Source of the DNA: Flavobacteriales bacterium
Lineage (GTDB): Bacteria > Bacteroidota > Bacteroidia > CAIKAF01
NCBI GenBank assembly: GCA_044376575.1
Contig: JBILKR010000001.1
Span: 109,492-173,491, forward strand
DNA length: 64,000 bases
Direction: 5' to 3'
How positions within the stretch are numbered: the first letter of the stretch is position 1; every line of letters starts with the position of its first letter. Shown in pieces: positions 1 to 8,364 of this stretch. The position numbers were made by a program, and so were the translations under genes. Under the pieces are notes generated by a model, which saw only the letters and a program-made list of their open reading frames with translations, did not search any database and was not told the origin of the DNA.

Positions 1-99
1 TGTGGCTGTAACGCGAAGACATATTCAAATAGTTGTAGGGCAGAGGCAGAAGGAGTAATAAAATGGGAAAAAGGAGAATGCAAAACAAACAAAGAATAG
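1..99 (+). CDS. 3' end of a CDS entering from upstream; Kazal-type (protease-inhibitor-like) cysteine motif at the C-terminus
   Basis: Frame 1 reads CGCNAKTYSNSCRAEAEGVIKWEKGECKTNKE followed by TAG at 97-99. The C-x-C...TY-x-N-x-C...G-x-C spacing matches the Kazal pattern. Confidence 0.45.
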   Translation, partial: CGCNAKTYSNSCRAEAEGVIKWEKGECKTNKE

Positions 100-192
100 T
101 ATAATCTGGAAAACCTAGACGAAATAATAAGCGGCTGTATTGCAGGCAAGCGCACAGATCAAAATGCGTTTTATAAGCTTTTTGCGTCAAAA

Positions 193-675
193 ATGTATGC
201 TGTGTGTTTGCGCTATGCCTCTGATTCTACAGAAGCGGAAGACGTTCTACAGGAAGGATTTGTAAAGGTTTTTCAGCATTTGGCGAACTTTAAAAAAGAA
301 GGCTCTTTTGAGGGCTGGGTAAGAAGAATTATGGTGAATACGGCATTGGAGAAACACCGAAAAAAAAATATAATGTATCCCGTTGCTGAGCTATATCCGG
401 TGTCTAAAAATATGAAGACAGAAGATATCGAGAGCAATATTTCTGCACAGGAACTGATGGGATTAATTCAAAAATTATCTCCCGGCTACAGAACAGTTTT
501 TAATTTATATGCCATTGAAGGATACTCGCATCAGGAAATAGCAGATCAGCTTGGAATCAGCGAAGGGACTTCAAAATCACAACTTGCAAGAGCGCGAAAT
601 GTTTTGCAGGAAGAGGTAATTAAATTGTACCAATTATCAAAAAAAAAAGAATTAGTTAAAGAAAATGGAAAATAA
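193..675 (+). CDS. RNA polymerase sigma-70 family ECF sigma factor (N-terminus probably extends upstream to about 100-139 with a non-ATG start)
   Basis: Region 2 (DVLQEGFVKVF...GSFEGWVRRIMVNTAL) and region 4 HTH (YRTVFNLYAIEGYSHQEIADQLGISEGTSKSQLARAR). The frame is open from 100 and reads LENLDEIISGCIAGKRTDQNAFYKLFASK, typical of ECF region 2.1. Confidence 0.85.
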   Translation: MYAVCLRYASDSTEAEDVLQEGFVKVFQHLANFKKEGSFEGWVRRIMVNTALEKHRKKNIMYPVAELYPVSKNMKTEDIESNISAQELMGLIQKLSPGYRTVFNLYAIEGYSHQEIADQLGISEGTSKSQLARARNVLQEEVIKLYQLSKKKELVKENGK

Positions 676-2170
676 ATTTTCGGATATTGATGATGTTTTC
701 AGGAATGCGCTTTCTTCTATGGAGATAGAGCCAAACCCGGAATCATGGGAGAAAATATCATCACAGTTAAGTCAAATAGAAAACAAAAAAAGATTTGGAA
801 CCTTTTTCTTTTGGCTGGGCATAATTAGTATTGTTTCTGCGTTTACAATTGGGGCGTTTGTTCCTTTTGCAAATGAAATTAAGCCAGAAAAAAACATTTC
901 AACCGAAAACAAACAAGTCCAAAAACAAGAAAGCGCAACCGAAGAAAATCTCAATAAACAACAAGCTCAAAACTCAGAAAATAAGACAAAAGCAGAGAGT
1001 AAAACCGCCATGCCAAAATCGAATGAAAGCATCGAAGAAAACAAAGAAGCACAATTCAAAAATGCGCAAACAAAAAATAAAAAATCTTCACAATCCGGGC
1101 TGATAAATATTTCGAAAAACAATGCGAGCCTTAATGTTAATATGGAGGAGGAAGACGTTGTTTCAGAGAAAAATTATACGGAAGAAAAATCAATAATTAG
1201 CAACACAGATCAGAAGAGCAGCAATGCATTAATGGTGTCTGAAAATAAAAACAGTTCGTCTGTTGTTGAAAAAAATGAGGAGGAAAACAATACAAACAAC
1301 ATTTTAGAAGCATCGAAATCAGCGGATTCGGCAAGAAAAGAAGAAAAGGGAACAGTAACAGAAGAGTCACAGGCGAAATCAATTGATTTATATGAAGGAC
1401 TGGAATCAACAGCGAGTGGGTTCACGCAGTTTAGTGTTCAGCCATTTTTCTCTCCAATGTATGTATTGAGAAATTCCAATGGAAACGATCAAAGCTACGC
1501 TTCGATTGGAAATTCCGGAGGAGATTTTGAGCAGAATCCCGCATTTTCTTATGAAGCAGGCGTGTTGCTAGGATATAATTTTACGTCGAAGATCAGTTTA
1601 CATGTAGGTGTTTCATATCATCAGATGACTCACACCACAAGCCCAGACCATCTTTTCTCTACGCCATTTGCTCAGCTTGGTCCGCTGGACACAGCTGTTT
1701 CTTTACATTCTAGCGCCGGAGAATTAGATGGAGTAACAATGTTGCCTAACACAACGGCAAATCCGCCCTCATATCAGCTAAGTACAGACGAGTTGTTGGG
1801 ATCTGCCACGACAAGAATTTCGCAAATCTTTTCTTTTATTGAAGTCCCTGTTATTGCAAAATACAGATTTGGAAAAGAAAAAATAGGATTTACTGTTGGC
1901 GCGGGGCTGAGTACAGGATTTTTGGTGAGAAATGAGGCACATGCCGAATCGGCCAACGGCCATGTATTGTTTGGACAAACCAAAGACATCAGAAATGTAA
2001 ACTTTAATGTTTTGATACAACTTGGCATAGACGTTCGTATACTTCCCTGGATGTATCTTACACTTGAGCCAACATTCAGATATTCATTACTCGACTGGAA
2101 TATTTCTGACAACGTAAGTATGAATCCAATATTTTTTGGAGCAAACACCGGCTTATCGTTCAGATTTTAA
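665..2170 (+). CDS. Chimeric envelope protein: short anti-sigma-like N-terminus, one TM helix, K/N/E/S-rich low-complexity linker, C-terminal OMP-type beta-barrel-like domain
   Basis: Overlaps the sigma gene by 11 nt. TM is FGTFFFWLGIISIVSAFTIGAFVPF. About 200 aa are low complexity. The C-terminal region has alternating hydrophobic strands and ends in GLSFRF (terminal aromatic residue, OMP beta-signal). Confidence 0.55.
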   Translation: MENKFSDIDDVFRNALSSMEIEPNPESWEKISSQLSQIENKKRFGTFFFWLGIISIVSAFTIGAFVPFANEIKPEKNISTENKQVQKQESATEENLNKQQAQNSENKTKAESKTAMPKSNESIEENKEAQFKNAQTKNKKSSQSGLINISKNNASLNVNMEEEDVVSEKNYTEEKSIISNTDQKSSNALMVSENKNSSSVVEKNEEENNTNNILEASKSADSARKEEKGTVTEESQAKSIDLYEGLESTASGFTQFSVQPFFSPMYVLRNSNGNDQSYASIGNSGGDFEQNPAFSYEAGVLLGYNFTSKISLHVGVSYHQMTHTTSPDHLFSTPFAQLGPLDTAVSLHSSAGELDGVTMLPNTTANPPSYQLSTDELLGSATTRISQIFSFIEVPVIAKYRFGKEKIGFTVGAGLSTGFLVRNEAHAESANGHVLFGQTKDIRNVNFNVLIQLGIDVRILPWMYLTLEPTFRYSLLDWNISDNVSMNPIFFGANTGLSFRF

Positions 2171-2205
2171 GATAGACACAATTTTCTCCTTACATTTGCT
2201 GTTAT

Positions 2206-3537
2206 TTGATTATGCTTACAGCGATGCGGGTGTTTTTGCCGATTCTAATATTCTTGTTTAATAGTGTATATTATGCACAGCGAGGCTTAATTTTTGAACG
2301 GGTGACGATTGATCTCGGAACACATCAAAACTGGGAAAACACTCCGGCCGTCTTTAAATTTGAAAACACCTCGTTTGATGCTCAATATATTTTAGCGCCC
2401 AAAACAAGCAAATACATATCGGTTGATTATCCAAGAAACAAAATTGAATCAGGAGAAAAAGGTGAGCTCAGAATTTTTTATTACACAAATACAAAAGGAG
2501 CATTTTCAGAAGATATATTAATTTATTACAGCGGAAGCCAGACACCGGTCCGCCTTACAATTAAAGGCAACATTAAGGGGTTTGCTCAAAATGCACTTAC
2601 GGAATGTCCGGATTTTAAAAACGATAAAAAAGAAAATTCTGGAGAGGCCAAGGTGGGTATCAAGGTTATTCATAAGATTACTAAAGAACCTATAACGCTT
2701 GCTCTTGTTGGAATTGGCACAGAAAAATATTATTCACAGCAAAACGGAGAATTAAATGTGAAAGTAAATCCCGGCGTTTATGGTCTTTATGCACAGGCCG
2801 AAGGATTTCATGATTTTTCTGAATTTGTTGGAATAAAAAAAGGCGCGGGCATGTATATTATAGAAATGCTTCCACTTGATCAACCGCTGCTACCCGATAC
2901 AATAATTGAAAATCTAGTTACTGAGGTTGACACGATATCGCCACTTCCTGATGAGCCACCCGGATTTTCATATAAAGAATATAAGGCGAACCACATCGTT
3001 CTTTTGTTGGACGTTTCGGGTTCTATGAAGCAAAAAGGAAGACTCGACTCATTAAAAGCAGCCATTACGTTATTGGTTAAAAACCTGAGAAGTGTAGATA
3101 GGGTTACAGTAATCACGTTTGCAACTAAAACAAAAGAAGTGCTTTCAAATATATCCGGCACAGAAAAAGACAGCGCCTTATCTACAATTCAGTTATTGTC
3201 GGCAAAAGGAACTACTGACGGAGTTGCCGGGATAGAACTTGCTTATGAAAAGGCGATTAATCATTACATTGAAGGAGGAAACAATCAGGTAATTGTTGCT
3301 ACGGACGGGGTTTTCAATAGCCCCAATTTTTCAGAACAACAGCTGCTTTTAATGATCCGCTCGTTTAAGAAAAAAGGAATAAAATTATCTGTCATCGGCT
3401 TTGGCAAAGAAGAAGAATATGCCCCTTCAATGGTTAAAATGGCGAAAGAAGGAGAGGGGAATTATTTGCCTTTTGGATATAATCAGGAGGTCAAAAAACT
3501 CATTTTGGAAGAGATTAAAACACAATCTAGAAGATAA
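2206..3537 (+). CDS. DUF1573-like N-terminal domain plus von Willebrand factor A (VWA) domain protein
   Basis: Signal/anchor peptide. VWA MIDAS motif is HIVLLLDVSGSM...TTDG...VIVATDG. The ATG at 2212 is the likelier start, because 2206 is TTG. Confidence 0.7.
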   Translation: MIMLTAMRVFLPILIFLFNSVYYAQRGLIFERVTIDLGTHQNWENTPAVFKFENTSFDAQYILAPKTSKYISVDYPRNKIESGEKGELRIFYYTNTKGAFSEDILIYYSGSQTPVRLTIKGNIKGFAQNALTECPDFKNDKKENSGEAKVGIKVIHKITKEPITLALVGIGTEKYYSQQNGELNVKVNPGVYGLYAQAEGFHDFSEFVGIKKGAGMYIIEMLPLDQPLLPDTIIENLVTEVDTISPLPDEPPGFSYKEYKANHIVLLLDVSGSMKQKGRLDSLKAAITLLVKNLRSVDRVTVITFATKTKEVLSNISGTEKDSALSTIQLLSAKGTTDGVAGIELAYEKAINHYIEGGNNQVIVATDGVFNSPNFSEQQLLLMIRSFKKKGIKLSVIGFGKEEEYAPSMVKMAKEGEGNYLPFGYNQEVKKLILEEIKTQSRR

Positions 3538-3538
3538 A

Positions 3539-4459
3539 TTATTTCTTTAATAAATCTGTGTCTTTTTGAAGGTATTCATCATATAATTTATGAATGATAC
3601 CATCAGATAATCCAATCTTCGGAACAAATATTGATTTGATTTCAGCGTATTTAGTGATATGAAGTAAAATTTCTGAAGCGGGAATAATAACGTCTGCTCT
3701 GTCGGCATTCATTCCATATTTTCTCATTCTGTCTTCATAAGAAATAGATTTAAGATCTTTGTATATGTCTTTTAACCTCGAACGACTAAATGGTTTTTCT
3801 TCGCTTTCTTCGGTAAGTTTTTGCAACTTAATGATATTACCACCGCTGCCAATTCCAATAATATTTTTATATAAAATATTCAATTCAGAGCACTTATTTT
3901 TTAGCCTGTTCCATTCATCAGGATCTACCTTGTCGTGTAACATTCGAACAGTGCCAATATTAAACGATTCTGAATAGTGTTTCCGGCCTTTGTAAAACAG
4001 CGTGATTTCTGTGCTTCCGCCACCGATATCAATGTATAGATATGCTTTTGAATCGCTCATTTTTTCAGCGATGTGATTATTGTAAATTAAATCGGCCTCT
4101 GCTCCTCCATCAATCACATCGATTTCAATTCCCGACACTGCTTTTATTTTTTTTACAACTTCTGCAGCGTTTTTAGCCTCTCTCATGGCTGAGGTGGCAC
4201 AGGCTTTATATGCAATAACTTCATGCACCTCGATGAGATTTTTAAATGCGATCATTGCCTTTTTTAACTTCTCTATTTTTTCATCTGAAATGTAATTTGT
4301 TACGAACGCATCTTCTCCAAGACGAATAGGTACACGGGTTAGCGCAACCTTTTTAAATACCGGCTCGTTGTTTAGGTCCAAATAAATATTATAAATCAAC
4401 AAACGAATTGCATTACTTCCAATGTCAATTGCAGCAAAGTTGTGTATAACGGAATTCAT
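3539..4459 (-). CDS. Ppx/GppA family exopolyphosphatase / guanosine pentaphosphate phosphohydrolase
   Basis: ASKHA-fold motifs AAIDIGSNAIRLLIY and YIDIGGGSTEI, with typical length. Confidence 0.8.
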   Translation of the reverse strand: MNSVIHNFAAIDIGSNAIRLLIYNIYLDLNNEPVFKKVALTRVPIRLGEDAFVTNYISDEKIEKLKKAMIAFKNLIEVHEVIAYKACATSAMREAKNAAEVVKKIKAVSGIEIDVIDGGAEADLIYNNHIAEKMSDSKAYLYIDIGGGSTEITLFYKGRKHYSESFNIGTVRMLHDKVDPDEWNRLKNKCSELNILYKNIIGIGSGGNIIKLQKLTEESEEKPFSRSRLKDIYKDLKSISYEDRMRKYGMNADRADVIIPASEILLHITKYAEIKSIFVPKIGLSDGIIHKLYDEYLQKDTDLLKK

Positions 4460-5325
4460 AATTTAAACTTCTTTTGATAATAATTAATTAAACTTTCTAT
4501 GGGCCGCTGTTCTATATGCAAAGGAACACAAAGCGGCGAAAAAACTTCAATTAATTGTTCCTGAAAATAATGTGCAACAGATCCAATAAAATGAACTGAA
4601 GAAAATTGTATGTTATTTTTCAAATAATAATCAATATGTTCTTGGTATAACAAGATGAAAGCCTCTCTTGGAATATTTGCAATATCAGGCTCGAGGAGAT
4701 TCTTTTTAATGAATCTAGTGAACGACGCCAGAAAGGCCGCCGGCGATTCATGTGTATATACTTTTCCAATTATATTTTCTTTATTCAGCTGGAATTCTTT
4801 TTCAAATTCAACGATAATATCATTGTTCAGTTTTCTTCTAATAACGTTGCGCAACAAGATTTTTCCCATTGCTGAGCCACTGCCCTCATCTCCTAAAAGA
4901 TAACCGCCTGAGCCAGCCTGAGAAACAATTTCTTCACCATTCCAGTAACAGGAGTTGCTTCCAGTGCCGAGAATAAAAACAAGCCCTTGGCTGTCACCAC
5001 AGGTAGCAATACAAGCCCCTATCATATCAGACTGAACGCTGATTTCAGCGGTTGGCCACGAATTGGAAATCAGTTTTTTTACTCGTTGCGAATTTTCATT
5101 TCCTAGGCATCCGGCACCAAAAAAAAATATTTTTGATGGATGAAAGTTCTCTGATGACATAGTCTCTATAGGCTCTGTCATTTTTTCATCAGACATCCAA
5201 ACAGGATTTATTCCGCCGGTTTCCAGTTGTACAATATCATTCTTGTTTATCAGCGCCCAGCTTGTTTTCGTGGAGCCAGCATCCGCAATCAATATCATGG
5301 GATAAAAATATGTAACCAATGACAA
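4456..5325 (-). CDS. BadF/BadG/BcrA/BcrD-type ATPase (N-acetylglucosamine kinase-like)
   Basis: Motifs LIADAGSTKTSWALI, ILGTGSNS and GYLLGDEGSG. It has a 4-nt overlap with the downstream ppx-like gene. Confidence 0.65.
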   Translation of the reverse strand: MSLVTYFYPMILIADAGSTKTSWALINKNDIVQLETGGINPVWMSDEKMTEPIETMSSENFHPSKIFFFGAGCLGNENSQRVKKLISNSWPTAEISVQSDMIGACIATCGDSQGLVFILGTGSNSCYWNGEEIVSQAGSGGYLLGDEGSGSAMGKILLRNVIRRKLNNDIIVEFEKEFQLNKENIIGKVYTHESPAAFLASFTRFIKKNLLEPDIANIPREAFILLYQEHIDYYLKNNIQFSSVHFIGSVAHYFQEQLIEVFSPLCVPLHIEQRPIESLINYYQKKFKL

Positions 5326-5352
5326 TTATACCGACAAAACAAATTGAAGTTA

Positions 5353-6441
5353 TTAACCAACGTGCAAATCATTTTTTGTTTGCCATTGATCAACAAGAGG
5401 ATTCATTGTTTTGAACCAAAGCGGAGGAAAAAGAGAAAGCACCATACTGCCGGGATATCCGAAAGGAAGCTGAGGGCTTTCATCAAAATGCCGAAGAACC
5501 TGATATTTTCTGGTTGCTTTATAATGATGATCAGAATGTCGTGTTAACTCATACAGCATGATTCTTCCCAGATAGTGATCTGAATTCCACGAATGCGTAG
5601 GCTTCACTTTTTCATAAATTCCGGGCTCAATTTCTTTTCTTCTTAATCCATAATGTTCAATGTAATTAACGGTTTCAAGCAATAAAATTCCAATTGCGGC
5701 AGCACAGAGAAATGCAATTAGACCAGCAAATCCAAAATATAAACCAATGGCCAGGGCAAAAATGAATTCAATGATTATAAACCGAATCATTTCATTTTTT
5801 ATCGACCATGTTTTTTTTCCGATTCTTTCAAGACGCATCTTTTCAAGATTCCAGGCAGAAATAAAACTGAATGTAATTGAACGAAAATAAAAGGCATAAA
5901 TAGACTCGTTTTTTTTAGCTGATGCAGGATCTTCTTTTGTGCTTACATTTTTATGGTGTCCACGGTTGTGTTCAATGAAAAAATGCATATACATAGATGT
6001 AAGCAATAATGCCTTGCTTAGTCGCTGTTCCCATCGCGATGTTCTGTGCCCGAGTTCGTGTGCAACATTAATACCAAGAACACCGCACGAAATACCCATA
6101 GAAAAAATCATACCTGTTTTCTCCCACCATAATAAATCAGGTTGTGTAACGCGAAACAGCATATACAAAAGAAGCCCATATTGAAACAATACGTTTAGGT
6201 AAAGAAGTACATCAAAAAAAATATTTTTCTCTTTTTCTGTTTCTTCTTTTTCGCTAAGGTTTTTATCGCTTTTAGGTAATAAGATTTCCAGCAAAGGAAT
6301 AATAACAAAAGCATACACAGGAACAATAAAACTTATAACCCCTGCTAAATAAAGAGAGAGAAAGGTTCCTAGTGGCACTATATATGAAACTAGATATTTT
6401 GAATCAGAGATATAAAACTTCATTTTCTCTTTTATTATCAC
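5353..6441 (-). CDS. alkB: Alkane 1-monooxygenase (AlkB-type integral-membrane di-iron hydroxylase)
   Basis: All four AlkB signature boxes are present: HELGHR, EHNRGHH, NYIEHYGL and LTRHSDHH. It has multiple TM helices. Confidence 0.8.
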   Translation of the reverse strand: MIIKEKMKFYISDSKYLVSYIVPLGTFLSLYLAGVISFIVPVYAFVIIPLLEILLPKSDKNLSEKEETEKEKNIFFDVLLYLNVLFQYGLLLYMLFRVTQPDLLWWEKTGMIFSMGISCGVLGINVAHELGHRTSRWEQRLSKALLLTSMYMHFFIEHNRGHHKNVSTKEDPASAKKNESIYAFYFRSITFSFISAWNLEKMRLERIGKKTWSIKNEMIRFIIIEFIFALAIGLYFGFAGLIAFLCAAAIGILLLETVNYIEHYGLRRKEIEPGIYEKVKPTHSWNSDHYLGRIMLYELTRHSDHHYKATRKYQVLRHFDESPQLPFGYPGSMVLSLFPPLWFKTMNPLVDQWQTKNDLHVG

Positions 6442-6444
6442 ATT

Positions 6445-8364
6445 TTAAAAATACAATTTTCCCGAACGCAAATGACGTTGATTAGAAGGAAGTCTAATGC
6501 TTTTTTTATCAATAAAAATTATTCCGGTTGCTTCCCAGTTGTTAATCATCTCTTCTTGCCCCCATTTATCTACCCCCATTAATTCTATTCTTATTATATC
6601 TTCTGCGAAAACTTTTTGGGATATGTTTTTAAAATAAAATGTTTTTTTCCCTATAGATAACGTGTCGGTTACTGAAATAATTTTAGGCCCATGATATAGG
6701 CGAAAATAAAATTTTTCGATATGTTTTATTTTGTTAGTACACACAATATGAAAGGAAGGAATTTCTATTAATTCAATAGGACTGAAATCGAGAATTTCGC
6801 TTGCAGCGCCAACGGGTAAATTGTTTTTTGATAAAACACCCATAAGATTAACGTGAAGTTTTCGCAAATTACCAGCGTCATAAAACGGAAGGAAAAAAGA
6901 TAGAGAATGGTTAGATCGGAGAAGCTGAAAACGTTGAAAAGAGAACTTTTTTGAATTACTTATAAGGAATATTTTCTCTGACATATCTTCTTTTTCTTCA
7001 TTTAATATTTGAAGAGAAAAAAATAATTCACCAGGCGAAAGATTTTCCCAATATGATTCCGGAACAATTCCAGAAACAGATATTTTAATTCCTTTAATCC
7101 CATTGTGGCTGAACTTTTCTTCGGCCTCAACACGAAACCGAACATCTTTAATTTCTCTTGGCAAAAAAGAAGAAGTGTCCGCAAAGCGCTTAAGTAAAAT
7201 TCCATAGTCGTCCATGAAATATTCAATAGCAGGAGCTGCCGAGTAGGTTGTTGCGTAATGAGGCACAAAGAGTTCATTCATTCCATCTTTTTCAACGCCA
7301 ATTAATCCTGAGGCTGAAGCAGAAAAAGATCCTTTAATAAGAGAAACAAAAGGAGGAACAACTAAAGACGATTCTTTACTTATAAAAACAGGACGAACAG
7401 AAACGGGTGCCGGAGTGCTGATTTGATGATTTATAGAAATGTTGATACCACTTGTTCCTTCGTGAGAACTATATTGTGATTTAATAGAAGCATATTCTAT
7501 AGATGGAATTTTTTGTTTGATAATTTTAAAACCAGCTTCAAAAACATTTTGAAATTTCATGCTCGGATAAGAAATTGTATCTCCTGCAGGAAAATGAGGA
7601 ATGATTGTATCTCCAATTAACTCGTCGTGTGTAAACTGATCGTTATCGAACACACTAAGGTGTATTGTGTCTGCCCCGGACACTTTAAATACTGCAACTC
7701 CTTTAGGTATAATAAAATCGTTGGTAGCTTCTTCTGACTCAAACACCACTTGATCCCCAATAATTATTCTCCACACGAGGTCTGGTCGTCCGTTTCCGGA
7801 CTTCGCCTTATCATTAATAAACATATTCAGCAACGGGATGCTTTTGCCGGGCAGGTCATACTCCATTTTTGTGACAGAGCCTCCGTTAAACAATAGCTTT
7901 ACAGCGTAGATGTCCGGAATAAAATAAGGTTCTTCTGTGGTCTGAAATAGTTCAAGTTTTTTTTTAGTATTCGGGTTGTATGCAAAAAACCGCAATTCGA
8001 GATCAACCATTCCCCCTGAAAAATTCAACAAATGGAATGGAATAAATCCGGAAAATATTTTATCTTTTTTATCCAGAGAAAAAATTTCATTTGAAGAAAT
8101 GTTTTTGTTTTCGACAATTTTTGGGGAGTATATACACCCATATTTTTTACTCCAAAACTCAAGAACTCCAAGCCAAACAGCCGAGTCAACATCAGTTTCG
8201 CCAACAAAATCTGCCGTACCCGAGAATACCACACCCGCAGCACCGTTGAGGTAAACAGACTTATTGATTTGAATATTTTTTAAAACAAAAGGTGCTTGCG
8301 AATACAGAAGACAAGGTAAAAAAAACAATGCAAACAGATAATATTTTACTGAATTGCGCATCAA
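6445..8364 (-). CDS. Secreted hypothetical protein with an internal C2-like (Ca/lipid-binding-like) segment
   Basis: Signal peptide is YYLFALFFLPCLLYSQA. The segment DLVWRIIIGDQVVF...HLSVFDNDQFTHDELIGDTIIP resembles C2 domains. The ATG at 8361 forms a TGATG overlap with the upstream gene's stop. Confidence 0.4.
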   Translation of the reverse strand: MMRNSVKYYLFALFFLPCLLYSQAPFVLKNIQINKSVYLNGAAGVVFSGTADFVGETDVDSAVWLGVLEFWSKKYGCIYSPKIVENKNISSNEIFSLDKKDKIFSGFIPFHLLNFSGGMVDLELRFFAYNPNTKKKLELFQTTEEPYFIPDIYAVKLLFNGGSVTKMEYDLPGKSIPLLNMFINDKAKSGNGRPDLVWRIIIGDQVVFESEEATNDFIIPKGVAVFKVSGADTIHLSVFDNDQFTHDELIGDTIIPHFPAGDTISYPSMKFQNVFEAGFKIIKQKIPSIEYASIKSQYSSHEGTSGINISINHQISTPAPVSVRPVFISKESSLVVPPFVSLIKGSFSASASGLIGVEKDGMNELFVPHYATTYSAAPAIEYFMDDYGILLKRFADTSSFLPREIKDVRFRVEAEEKFSHNGIKGIKISVSGIVPESYWENLSPGELFFSLQILNEEKEDMSEKIFLISNSKKFSFQRFQLLRSNHSLSFFLPFYDAGNLRKLHVNLMGVLSKNNLPVGAASEILDFSPIELIEIPSFHIVCTNKIKHIEKFYFRLYHGPKIISVTDTLSIGKKTFYFKNISQKVFAEDIIRIELMGVDKWGQEEMINNWEATGIIFIDKKSIRLPSNQRHLRSGKLYF

